A stretch of DNA of 64,000 bases, taken from positions 32,001 through 96,000 of the forward strand of contig JANNXA010000016.1 in assembly GCA_031409275.1 (NCBI GenBank). The letters are read 5' to 3'. Below, in pieces: positions 51,959 through 60,982 of this stretch. The translations under genes were made by a program, and so were the position numbers. Every line of letters starts with the position of its first letter. The stretch's first letter is position 1. This stretch comes from Planctomycetota bacterium (lineage in GTDB: Bacteria; Planctomycetota; B15-G4; SIAN01). The notes under the pieces were generated by a model. The model had not been told where the DNA came from, searched no databases, and saw nothing but the letters and a program-made list of their open reading frames with translations.

Positions 51959-53106
51959 CAGAGGTTTCGCCGCAGCCACTCGAGCGTGACATCGACGCTG
52001 CCATCCACCGGCAGAGCGACCTCGACTTCGACCTTGTCGTGCGCAGGCTTCGTCGTTGGATGGCTGGCGCCGACCACTTCGAACGGCGCACCCGGCTGCT
52101 CGACGATCACCAACGTCGTCGCCGCGCCGCTGCCGTTCCTCACCTTGTAGACGAGCTTCGTGCGTTGGTCGTAGGCGACCACCTTGTTCCAGCGATCGCG
52201 CCGCTCGTTCTCGTTGCCCTGGAAGGTGACGTAGCGATCCACCACGAAGTCGCGCGCGTGACCGACGTAGAGCTTCGCCTTGCCGCCGAGCGGCGTCGCG
52301 GACAGCACGTCTTCGCCCAGCAACCCGGGTTGCCCGTTCTCCTGCGGCGTCAGCAGGCGGATGCGTCCCGCCGCCAGGAACGGCCGCGCCAACGGCGAGC
52401 CGGCGCGATTCTCGAGCTCGACTTCGATGGCAGGAAGGGCGCCGTAGCGCGCCGGATCGAGGACGTAGCGCCGCTTGACCGGGACCTGCTCGACGCGGAA
52501 CAGCTCGACTTCGCGCCGCTCCCCTTGCGCGAGCGTCAACGCGGCGAGTTCGCCGCCGTCGAAGACGACGCGTGCGGCGTCGAGATCCTGGCCCGAGCGG
52601 TTGGTCACTTCGACCGTCCCGACCAGCGTCATCGAAGTGCCCGCCGCGTCGAGCAGACCGCTGTAGGCGACGCGCCAACCGATGCCGGCCAGCAGGTAGC
52701 GCGCGGTCAGCGTTGCCGTGCCCGCGTTGCCCGCGTCGACGTCGAAGTAGGTCATCGCGCCGCGCCGGCGAATCTTCTCGCGCTGCGTGATCGAGGCGCT
52801 GCCGCTCGACGGAGTCACGTCGAAGCGCAGCGAGCCTTCATCGAGCCGCTCGCGACTCCAATCGAAGCGCAGGCGATTGGGGCCCTGCGCCAGCGTGATC
52901 TTGCGCGTCGTGGCGACGCTCGCCGGCTGGTCGCTGGTGAGGCGCAGCGTGACCGTGTCGGGCGCGGTCGGCACGACCACTTCGACGAAGCCGTCGCCGT
53001 CGGGGCGAACCGGCGCTTGCGCGAGGAGCGCTGCCGGAACGACCACGCCGGAGAAGAGCGCGGCGAGCAGCGCGCGGGCAATGACGGTGGGCGTGGAGTG
53101 GTTCAT
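51955..53106 (-). CDS. DUF4139-like exported protein
   Basis: Signal peptide; YLLAGIGWRVAY, VTNRSGQDL, LAAGRIRL..LGED..TP, YKVRN. Confidence 0.7.
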   Translation of the reverse strand: MNHSTPTVIARALLAALFSGVVVPAALLAQAPVRPDGDGFVEVVVPTAPDTVTLRLTSDQPASVATTRKITLAQGPNRLRFDWSRERLDEGSLRFDVTPSSGSASITQREKIRRRGAMTYFDVDAGNAGTATLTARYLLAGIGWRVAYSGLLDAAGTSMTLVGTVEVTNRSGQDLDAARVVFDGGELAALTLAQGERREVELFRVEQVPVKRRYVLDPARYGALPAIEVELENRAGSPLARPFLAAGRIRLLTPQENGQPGLLGEDVLSATPLGGKAKLYVGHARDFVVDRYVTFQGNENERRDRWNKVVAYDQRTKLVYKVRNGSGAATTLVIVEQPGAPFEVVGASHPTTKPAHDKVEVEVALPVDGSVDVTLEWLRRNLW

Positions 53107-54350
53107 GGGTGGAGGTTCGTCTTCTTGACGGAGTAGGTGAGCTCGACCTTGCCGCCGGCGGGGACGTCGATCTTCCATTCGAGCGTCGTCTGGTCCTTGC
53201 GATTGGCGGGCGCGCTCGACGCGGTGAGCTCGAACGATGGCGTCGAGACGTGCTCCGTGACCGTGAGAGCGCGCGCGTCGGCGGCGCGGCTCTCGAGGAG
53301 CAGCTTCACGCTCTCCGTCTCGGAGTAGGAGATCAGCGCTTTGTTGTAGTCGCCGAAGACGAGGTCGCCGCGCTGCAGGTCGACCACCGTGCGCTCCACG
53401 GCGAAGTCGTTGGTGGGCCCGAGGTCGAGTTCGAGTTCCTGGCCCGGCGCGAGCGGCCCGAGTCCGCCGCTGCGCACGAAGCGCTCGGTCGCGGTCGCCT
53501 CGCGCTCGACCAGGAAGAGGCTGCCCGGCTGCAGCGTGACGCCGCCGAGCCCCGCATTCGCGGCGTTCGCCACCTTGGCGACCCGCCACACGCGCCCGCC
53601 CCAGCCGTTCACGTCGAAGCGCCATTCGAGCGTCGTCGCCAGCTCGCGTTTGGCGAGCGCGACGCGCCGCACGGTGACGCCATCGGGCAGCGAGAGCGGC
53701 GCGCCGAACGGCACCACCGTGTGCTCGGCCAGATCCTGCGCGAGCGGCGGCGTCGGCAGGCCGGGGGCGGCGTCGGGAGCCGGATCGGGCGCGCGGCCGT
53801 GCAGGACCGCGCTCGATGGCACGGTCCGGACCACGCCGAAGACGGCGCGCACGTCCGCCTGCGTGAAGCTCTCGCCGCTGCCGTTGCTGACTTCGAGCTC
53901 CTGCACCAGGTCGAGCGTCCACTTGGCCGCGTCGAAGGCCGCGGTGTAGGCCACGCTCGCCGCGAGGCCGCGCGCCGCGTAGCGCAACCGCAGCCGCTCG
54001 GGCCCCGGCTTCGTCGCCTCGAGCTCGACGAAGGTCGTGTTGCCGAGGTCGTCGCGTCGGAACAGCGAGACGACTTTCACTTCGCCGGCGCGGTCGAGCG
54101 GCACCACCTCGAGCGACGCGACATCGGCGTTGCCGCGCACGAAGTCGAGCCGCACCGACGAGCGTCCCTGCGCGAGGAGCACCGCCACCGTCTCCTCGAC
54201 GATCGTCAGATCGCCGGGATAGACGAGCAGGCGCGGGATCGAGGCGGCGGGCGCGGGAGCGCCTTGCGGAGACGCGGCGACCAAAGCAGCGCCGCCAGCG
54301 AGCAGCGCGGCCAGCACCGTCGCACCGCGGAGAGGGACGAAGCGATGCAA
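53103..54350 (-). CDS. DUF4139-like exported protein (paralogue)
   Basis: VYPGDLTIVEE, LRYAARGL, VSNGSGESF, LQPG, LEWKIDVPAGGKVELTY. Confidence 0.7.
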   Translation of the reverse strand: MHRFVPLRGATVLAALLAGGAALVAASPQGAPAPAASIPRLLVYPGDLTIVEETVAVLLAQGRSSVRLDFVRGNADVASLEVVPLDRAGEVKVVSLFRRDDLGNTTFVELEATKPGPERLRLRYAARGLAASVAYTAAFDAAKWTLDLVQELEVSNGSGESFTQADVRAVFGVVRTVPSSAVLHGRAPDPAPDAAPGLPTPPLAQDLAEHTVVPFGAPLSLPDGVTVRRVALAKRELATTLEWRFDVNGWGGRVWRVAKVANAANAGLGGVTLQPGSLFLVEREATATERFVRSGGLGPLAPGQELELDLGPTNDFAVERTVVDLQRGDLVFGDYNKALISYSETESVKLLLESRAADARALTVTEHVSTPSFELTASSAPANRKDQTTLEWKIDVPAGGKVELTYSVKKTNLHP

Positions 54351-54389
54351 GCGAGACTCCTTCGCGAGAGACGAGCGGTGCGACGCTAA

Positions 54390-54547
54390 GAGCGTCTAAC
54401 AGAATGGACGCGTCGCGCCGAGACCGCGCGAGGCAGCCCAGGACGAGGAGACCGAAGCAGGCGACTCCGAAGAGTCGCCGATGGAGGTCGACGAAGTCAT
54501 GGGCGGCCGCAGCCGGTCGAACGCAGCGGACATTCTGTTAGGCGCTC
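54390..54547. mobile_element. 158-bp MITE-like element, copy 2
   Basis: Terminal inverted repeats gagcgtctaacagaatg / cattctgttaggcgctc (16/17 match) flanked by TAA direct repeats (54387-54389 and 54548-54550). Confidence 0.85.
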
Positions 54548-54558
54548 TAAGGGCCGAT

Positions 54559-55533
54559 TCACTGCGCCGCCAGCGCCTCGTCGAGCAACTTGACCAGCGC
54601 ATCGCGGTCGTACGCGTACTGCTGCCCACCGTTCAACTGCACCACGCGCGCGAGCGCCGCCTTGATCGTCGTCGCGGCCTCGGCCTGGTTCGGCACGACC
54701 AGGTAGCGACGCTTCGGCTGCGGGGAGGTGAGCGCGTGGAGGAACGCCTGCGCCACCTCGTCGGGCTCCTTGTACTGCGCGCGATCGGTCGGGCCGGCGA
54801 GGAGCCGCTCCATCTGCTTCTCGTAGCGCGAGCCCTTGCCCGTGTAGCCGGCGTCCAGCAGCCGCTGGCGCATGTTCACCATGATCTCGCTCTTGTAGTT
54901 GCCCGGGTCGACCAGGCTCACCGCGACGCCGAAGGGCGAAAGCTCCGCGGCCAGCGTGTCGCTGAACGCCTCGATCGCGTGCTTGCTCATCGTGTAGGCG
55001 CCGCCCATCGGCCACGTGACGATGCCGGAGGTCGAGCCAGTCGTCGCGACGCGTCCCTTGCTCTCGATCAGGAGCGGCGCGAACGCCTGCGTCATGCGGT
55101 AGGGGCCGTAGACGTTGGCATCGAGCTGGAAGTCGAGGTCGCTCTCGCGCAGCTCGATCAGCGGGCCGAGCACCGCGACGCCGGCGTTGTTGATGAGCCC
55201 GTAGAGCCCGCGCCCGCCGTCGCGCACCGTCTGCACCGCGGCGTCGATCTGCTCCTGCTTCGTCACATCGAGCTCGATCGGCTGCACGTTCGCGAGCTTG
55301 CCGAGCTCCGCGAGGTCGGCCTCCTTGCGCGCGCCGGCGTAGACGAAGAAGCCGTTCGCCGCGAGCAGCTCGGTCGTCTTGCGGCCGATGCCGGAGCTGG
55401 CACCGGTGACCAGCACCGCGCGCCGCGGCGACGCCGCGGGCGGCGAGGAGTGCGCCGCCGCGTTGCGCAACGACCACCAGCCGGCAAGGAGCGCCACGGC
55501 TCCGCACGCCACGACGATGCGCCACCGATGCAT
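54559..55533 (-). CDS. Short-chain dehydrogenase/reductase (SDR)
   Basis: VLVTGASSGIG, LINNAG, catalytic YTMSK; N-terminal hydrophobic segment. Confidence 0.93.
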   Translation of the reverse strand: MHRWRIVVACGAVALLAGWWSLRNAAAHSSPPAASPRRAVLVTGASSGIGRKTTELLAANGFFVYAGARKEADLAELGKLANVQPIELDVTKQEQIDAAVQTVRDGGRGLYGLINNAGVAVLGPLIELRESDLDFQLDANVYGPYRMTQAFAPLLIESKGRVATTGSTSGIVTWPMGGAYTMSKHAIEAFSDTLAAELSPFGVAVSLVDPGNYKSEIMVNMRQRLLDAGYTGKGSRYEKQMERLLAGPTDRAQYKEPDEVAQAFLHALTSPQPKRRYLVVPNQAEAATTIKAALARVVQLNGGQQYAYDRDALVKLLDEALAAQ

Positions 55534-55833
55534 GCCTCGCTCCATTTCGACCTGCGGGAAAGGCGCGCGCGACTTCGGGCGCGAGGCGGGGGAGGCTACG
55601 AGGGCCGAGCGGGAAGGGCGAGCTGTCGAGCTTTGGGAACAGGAAGGCACCAGTTGATCGGGAGGTGACCGCGCAGGATCGTCACCCCGCCACAAGGAGT
55701 CTCCCCTGGGAAACGGCGCCTCACCGATTCTCCTGACCCGTTCACCCGCCGATTGCGCCTCAGATTCCGGCGGCCGCTCCCGACACAGCGCCCCGATCCA
55801 CCTTCTCGTGTCGAGCTTCCTCCGGAGACCAAC

Positions 55834-56430
55834 ATGGCACAGCGAAAGACCCCCTCGAAGCAGCGCACCGCAGCGAGCCCGTTCGTCGAGTTGACGATCG
55901 AGCAGCTCTACGAAGAGTCGCGGAAGATCGCACACGCGATGTTCCGGAACGAGCCGAGATCCGTCTCCTTCTCGCCGACCAGCATCGTCCATTCGGTGCT
56001 CGCCGACGAGGCGGCGCGCGGCTCGCTGCCGAGCGCCTCGTCCCCCCTCGATCCAACCGAAGCAACGCATCTCCTGCGTCGAATCCGCGTGGCAATCCGG
56101 AACAAGCTGATCGACCGCGCACGCGGCCGTCGGGCGGGGAAGCGCGGCGGTAACGCCAAGCGAGTCGAGCTCGATGAAGCGATGCGAGCCGAGGAACTCG
56201 GACCGGCAGAGATCGCTGAGATCCACGACCTCACCGAGCACCTCATGTCGAACGTGAACGCAATGGATCGCCAGCAGGCGGAGGCGTTCACGTTGCAGTT
56301 CTTCCACGGGCTGACCGTCGAGGAGGTCGCAGCGATCCTGGAAATCCCGATGGAAGCAGCGAAGACGCGGGCGCGCCGCGGTCGGGAGTGGATCGCCGCC
56401 CAAATGCGCCAGCAGAGCGGCGAGGGGTAA
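55834..56430 (+). CDS. ECF sigma factor, divergent TIGR02999/ECF43-like
   Basis: LYEESRKIA..FRNE..SFSPTSIVH (compare TLQPTALVH), LIDRAR.R.A.KRGG, LQFFHGLTVEEVA.IL; GGAG upstream of the ATG. Confidence 0.85.
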   Translation: MAQRKTPSKQRTAASPFVELTIEQLYEESRKIAHAMFRNEPRSVSFSPTSIVHSVLADEAARGSLPSASSPLDPTEATHLLRRIRVAIRNKLIDRARGRRAGKRGGNAKRVELDEAMRAEELGPAEIAEIHDLTEHLMSNVNAMDRQQAEAFTLQFFHGLTVEEVAAILEIPMEAAKTRARRGREWIAAQMRQQSGEG

Positions 56431-56541
56431 TCGCGCAGCACCTCGACACCGCTCGCGCACGAACGAGGGCGCCTCCACGCGGAGGCGCCCTCGTCACGCC
56501 TGACGCCCGCGGCTACGCTCCCCCGCCCGAGGGGGTGATCG

Positions 56542-59500
56542 ATGGCTCAGAAGAGAGTGCGACCGACCGCCGCGGCGATACCGGCGACGGCGCCGGTCCC
56601 GACGCACACTCGAACGGCTGGGAGCGACTCTGCGGTCGAGATCGAGGGCTATCGCATCGTCACCCGGCTCGGCGAGGGTGGCTGCGGAGTCGTCTATCTC
56701 GTCGAGGAGTTGAAGCCGGAGCGCGGCTCTGCGCAGCAGTTCGCGGCGAAAGTCCCGCGCGACGATTTCGACCTCGATGCAAACGCTACTCGCCGCCTCT
56801 CCGCGCTTCTCGAGGAGGAGATCAGCAAGCTGCGGGAGCTCCGTGACGAGCCGTCGATTGCCGCCTACCGCGGCACGCCCAAGGCGACCCGGAACGGCAA
56901 GCCAATCCCCTGCGTCCTCACCCGCTACCTGAGCGGCGGCGAACTCCTCAAAGAACTCGACGCGAGGTCGCCGCTGCACATGCGGCTCGCCGCGATGAGC
57001 GAGGTCTGCTACGCCGTCGCGCTTCTGCACGATCGTCACATCGTCCACGGCGACCTCAAGCCCGCGAACCTCCGCTACGACCGGCTGATCCGCGGCAAAC
57101 CCGTGCTGCTCGACTTCGGGCTCGCTGAACCGCTGCGACGGATCGGCCGCGATGCGGAACCGCAGATCGCCTCGCAACGGATCGCGGGAACGCTCGGCTA
57201 CATGGCACCCGAACGACTGCAGCGCGCCGCAGACTGCAACGACGCCGTCGACGTCTTCGCGTTGGGAGTGATCACGTTCGAGCTGCTGACGGGAAAGCGC
57301 GCCTTCTACGACTTGAAGGGACCCGGACCGGACGCGGTCGTGACGGCCATGAAGAGGTGCGCCCCCGAGGTCGAGAGTGCGCTCAATTCAATCCTCGCCG
57401 CCAAGAAGCTGGACGAGCTGCTCCCCTACCTGCGCACCGCGCTGGCGCTCGACCCGAAGCAGCGAACCATCCGTGCACGCAACTTGGCCCATTGGCTCGA
57501 CCACTTCGCGGTGCTGGAACGATTCCGGACCATCCTCCCGAAGCAGGGCTCCAGTGACACGGCGTTCGACACCTACAAGCGGCAGTTCCTCGAAGGGCTG
57601 AAGCACTTCCCGCAGCTCGGCGTCGGCTATCAGTCGGGTGGAAAGGGTGTGCAGGTCCAGACGAGGAGCCCGTACCAGCTCGACCTGCCCGAGATCAAGA
57701 TCGACCTCGTGGCGCAACGCAGGGGGACCGAGCACGCGACGCTGGCAGCCAGCAGCGAAGCCGGCACGATGTCATTCGACGCGCGCGACGCGTTCGAGCA
57801 GGCGCGAAGCGAGCTGCAAGACCAATCGAAACTCGGGTTCTTCCTCATCGGCGGCCCCGGCACCGGCAAGTCGACCTTCTTGCGTCTCCTCGCACTGCAA
57901 GCGATGACGAGCGACGGGCGCCAACGGCTTGGCCTCGGTGAGTCGCGCGTCATTCCCGTGATGGTGCAGCTCGCCGCCTACAAGGATTTCACTCCGCCGG
58001 ACCAGAGATCGCGAGGGAGGTCGAAGGTCCCTCAGCTCAGGCTGGCCCAATTCGTCAATTCCGTCATCGCGCAGACTTGTGCCGACTGCCGCGTTGAACC
58101 CGCGGTGCTTGCAAAACAGGGCGACCTGCTTCTCCTGCTCGACGGACTCGACGAGGTCGAGACGCAGCGCGACGAAATCGTGACGCAACTTTGCGATGCG
58201 CGTTGGCCGTGGAAGGGCCACCCGACGGTCGTCACTTGCCGGCCGGCTGGATTCGAGAGCCTCAAGCCCAAGCCGACCGATCACTTCGCGATCTTCCAGC
58301 TCGGCGGAGTCGACCTGCGCACGGCTCAGGCATTCGTCCGCAAGTGGTTTTTCCACGTCGCGACGAGCCACACCGTGCGCTCGAAGGAGAACGACCCGGG
58401 GGCCCATGGATCCGCGGACCGCATCGCGCAGCACGAACAAATGGCCGAATCGCTCTGCCAACAGTTGCGCGAACGGCGGATCGAGCTGTCGTCGCTGGTG
58501 TCGATCCCCCTGCTGCTGACGATGGTTTGCATCGTCCATCGCTTCCGCTGCCGGAACGGGCAAGTCGACCAGCCGCTCCCGGCGACGATTCACGATCTGT
58601 ACGAGGCCTTCGTGCAGACGGCGCTGCGGGAGTGGCCGCACTTCCGGAGCAAGGCGTCGCCAGGACATCGCCACGATTCACGGAAGCCCGCCGCGAACGA
58701 AGGCAACGACGGCGGAGACGATCCGACGACGCCCGACGAACTGCGGCTTGCCCTGGAATCGATCGCGCTCTATCTCCGCAGCGTGGCGTTGAAGGCGAAG
58801 GACGACGCCAAGAAGCAGACCACTCCGGCGACGCGCACGACCGAGCGTGCCGGTCGCCAGGCACTGGACACAATTCTGAAGGATGAGGCGTGGGCCGCCC
58901 TCCCGTGGGAGGGCGCGAAGTTCGAGCGCTTCTGGCAATTGGCCAACGACGAGTCGGGGCTGTTCGCCAACCACGGCGGCGCTGACCAGTGGGGCTTCCT
59001 CCACCTCGGCATCGAGGAGCACCTTGCCGCCAGCGCGTTGGCGCGCGACCCGCTCCGGGTTGGCTTCGGCATCGACCAGCTGGTCGAGCGCTTCGATGCG
59101 GTTGCGTTGCGAGAGGTCATCGGCGACTTCGCCGCGACCGCCCATGAGCTTCATGTCGAGGCGCTATTGGCCGCGGTGCTGCGCTCCGATCGGATCGCGG
59201 CCTTCGAGCAGCCGCTGGAAGTGGTGCTGCGCGCGCTGACGCGCCGTTTCGCGCCGACGGGGCGTGTGACGTCTGATCCTCGGCAGTCACAGATTCGCAC
59301 GCGCTTCCGGCAGATGCTGCTGCCAATCCTTCTGCAACCGGCCGCCGCCGCGGAGAAGCTTCGAGCTCGGCAGCTCGCCGCACGGATGGCGGCATTCCGT
59401 CAGCTGCGCGGGTGGGTTGTTCTGGCTTCCGAAGCCTGGAAGGAGCTCCGCTCAGCGTTGGCGGCGGATCACCACTTCGGCTCTCTCGAACTCGAGCTTT

Positions 59501-60258
59501 GGGCTCGCAACGAACTCGAAACGCGTGAATTCCAACGCGATCCCAAGAGCGGGATCGTGTTCGTGAAGGTGAAGGGAGCGCGCTTCGGCTTCGCGCAGGA
59601 CAAACCGGATGCAAGCTGGAACCACGACTATGAGCTGCAGCGCCACCAGCAGAAGCGCGAACGAGTCGTCGACCTGGCCGACTTCTGGCTGGCGACTGCC
59701 CCCGTCACCAACGAGCAGTACCGCCGCTTCCTCGACGATCGCGATGGCGATGCGGAGAACGACGATCTCCCGGAGTCGATGACGACTGCGGGCTTCGATG
59801 GACCGCAGCAGCCCGTCACCGGAGTCACCGCACTCGACTGCGAGAAGTTCTGCCGTTGGTGCTCGTCGCAAAGCGGTCCGCCGATCCGACTGCCCACCGC
59901 GGATGAGTGGGAGTACGCCTGCGTGGCGGGCAACGCCGCGCAGCAGGAGTACTGGAGCGGAAACGGAGAGGAAGCACTTGCAGCCGTCGGCTGGTACGCC
60001 GCGAACTCGGGCGGTACCACCCATCTGGTCGGACAGAAGCCGCCAAACGCCTTCGGACTCCACGACCTGCATGGCAACGTCTGGGAGTGGTGCGCTGACG
60101 ATCACCCATGCGACGCCGGCAGCCGCGTGGTTCGTGGCGGCAGCTTTGCCTTCGACGTCGCCGCGATCGCGCGGTCGGCCTTCCGGAACGCCTTCCAGCC
60201 GGGCTTTCGCTTCCGGTTCTTGGGCTTCCGCGCCGCCAAGGGTGTCTCCACTTTTTGA
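56542..60258 (+). CDS. DGR target protein: Ser/Thr kinase - NACHT NTPase - FGE-sulfatase (C-type lectin fold) domain
   Basis: Kinase: LGEGGCGVVY, AAK, HGDLKPAN, DFGLA, GTLGYMAPE, DVFALG. NACHT: GGPGTGKST, LLLLDGLDE, VTCR, PLLL, FLHLGIEEHLAA. FGE: RLPTADEWEYAC, PNAFGLHDLHGNVWEWC, RVVRGGS, GFR. Confidence 0.93.
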   Translation: MAQKRVRPTAAAIPATAPVPTHTRTAGSDSAVEIEGYRIVTRLGEGGCGVVYLVEELKPERGSAQQFAAKVPRDDFDLDANATRRLSALLEEEISKLRELRDEPSIAAYRGTPKATRNGKPIPCVLTRYLSGGELLKELDARSPLHMRLAAMSEVCYAVALLHDRHIVHGDLKPANLRYDRLIRGKPVLLDFGLAEPLRRIGRDAEPQIASQRIAGTLGYMAPERLQRAADCNDAVDVFALGVITFELLTGKRAFYDLKGPGPDAVVTAMKRCAPEVESALNSILAAKKLDELLPYLRTALALDPKQRTIRARNLAHWLDHFAVLERFRTILPKQGSSDTAFDTYKRQFLEGLKHFPQLGVGYQSGGKGVQVQTRSPYQLDLPEIKIDLVAQRRGTEHATLAASSEAGTMSFDARDAFEQARSELQDQSKLGFFLIGGPGTGKSTFLRLLALQAMTSDGRQRLGLGESRVIPVMVQLAAYKDFTPPDQRSRGRSKVPQLRLAQFVNSVIAQTCADCRVEPAVLAKQGDLLLLLDGLDEVETQRDEIVTQLCDARWPWKGHPTVVTCRPAGFESLKPKPTDHFAIFQLGGVDLRTAQAFVRKWFFHVATSHTVRSKENDPGAHGSADRIAQHEQMAESLCQQLRERRIELSSLVSIPLLLTMVCIVHRFRCRNGQVDQPLPATIHDLYEAFVQTALREWPHFRSKASPGHRHDSRKPAANEGNDGGDDPTTPDELRLALESIALYLRSVALKAKDDAKKQTTPATRTTERAGRQALDTILKDEAWAALPWEGAKFERFWQLANDESGLFANHGGADQWGFLHLGIEEHLAASALARDPLRVGFGIDQLVERFDAVALREVIGDFAATAHELHVEALLAAVLRSDRIAAFEQPLEVVLRALTRRFAPTGRVTSDPRQSQIRTRFRQMLLPILLQPAAAAEKLRARQLAARMAAFRQLRGWVVLASEAWKELRSALAADHHFGSLELELWARNELETREFQRDPKSGIVFVKVKGARFGFAQDKPDASWNHDYELQRHQQKRERVVDLADFWLATAPVTNEQYRRFLDDRDGDAENDDLPESMTTAGFDGPQQPVTGVTALDCEKFCRWCSSQSGPPIRLPTADEWEYACVAGNAAQQEYWSGNGEEALAAVGWYAANSGGTTHLVGQKPPNAFGLHDLHGNVWEWCADDHPCDAGSRVVRGGSFAFDVAAIARSAFRNAFQPGFRFRFLGFRAAKGVSTF
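60109..60239 (+). repeat. DGR variable region (VR)
   Basis: 131-nt match to 62388-62518 with 14 mismatches, all opposite TR adenines; lies at the extreme 3' end of the target gene. Confidence 0.97.
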
Positions 60259-60380
60259 CTTCACCACCTCACCACGAAGATCGCTGCGCCCACGATCGAC
60301 ACCGGCGTTGACAACCGGGCCCACCCGCGGTGTCGTGCTCGTATTTCGTTCGATTGACGGTGTGCTGGTAGGTGGGTAGT
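60258..60380 (+). promoter_or_regulatory. Nested imperfect inverted repeat downstream of the VR (candidate DGR target-recognition hairpin)
   Basis: cgacaccg (60297-60304) pairs with cggtgtcg (60328-60335); ccacctcacca (60264-60274) pairs with tggtaggtgg (60366-60375) with one bulge. Confidence 0.45.
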
Positions 60381-60433
60381 GGGCGGAGGGCGCGTAGTGC
60401 GACGTCGTGTGCGTCGCCGCTGGAGCCACGCCC

Positions 60434-60982
60434 TTGCGAGTCCATCTCCTGACGCTGCGATACAGCAGCACGCTTGGCGCCTTCGATACGGCACCGCTCA
60501 CCGCGCTGACCCACGGCTGCGAAGTCGTCGCCTTCCGCGAGCACTTCTTCCAAGTCGCGGACGTGCCGCATGCGCTGTGCGTCGTCACCGTCCATGACCC
60601 GCCGCCGCTTGCGCAAGGAGGCCACGAGGCGCGCTCCCGTGCGGACCACGGGGCGCCTTCCGGCTTGCCGCGCACCCGCACGCCTCGTGAAAGCCGTGAC
60701 CTCCGTCCCTTCGCGGCGCTGGATGAGGCACAACGCCAGCTCTTCAACCGGCTGCGTGAATGGCGATCGGCGACGGCGAAGTCGGAGGGGGTCCCTCCGT
60801 ACGTGCTGCTCACCAATCGCGAGGCGGTGCGCATCATCCTCGCCGCACCCGATTCGCTGACCACGCTCGGCCAGCTCGAAGGGATCGGCGCCAGCAAGGT
60901 CACGCGCTACGGCCATGCGATCCTCGGCTGCCTCCAGGGTGCGCCCGTCGCCAGCGCGCAAGCCGCGGAGCCGACGTCGTGA
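60434..60982 (+). CDS. HRDC domain protein (DGR accessory)
   Basis: LFNRLREWRS..AK.EGVPPYVLLTN....I....P.SL..L..LEGIG..KV.RYG..IL is an HRDC pattern. The TTG at 60434 has GGAG upstream; an alternative GTG is at 60407. Confidence 0.9.
   Translation: MRVHLLTLRYSSTLGAFDTAPLTALTHGCEVVAFREHFFQVADVPHALCVVTVHDPPPLAQGGHEARSRADHGAPSGLPRTRTPRESRDLRPFAALDEAQRQLFNRLREWRSATAKSEGVPPYVLLTNREAVRIILAAPDSLTTLGQLEGIGASKVTRYGHAILGCLQGAPVASAQAAEPTS

Noticed and set aside
1..56500. Additional remote VR targets for the TR
   Set aside because: I saw no second FGE/CLec gene or TR-like sequence elsewhere in the window by eye; targets elsewhere in the genome remain possible.
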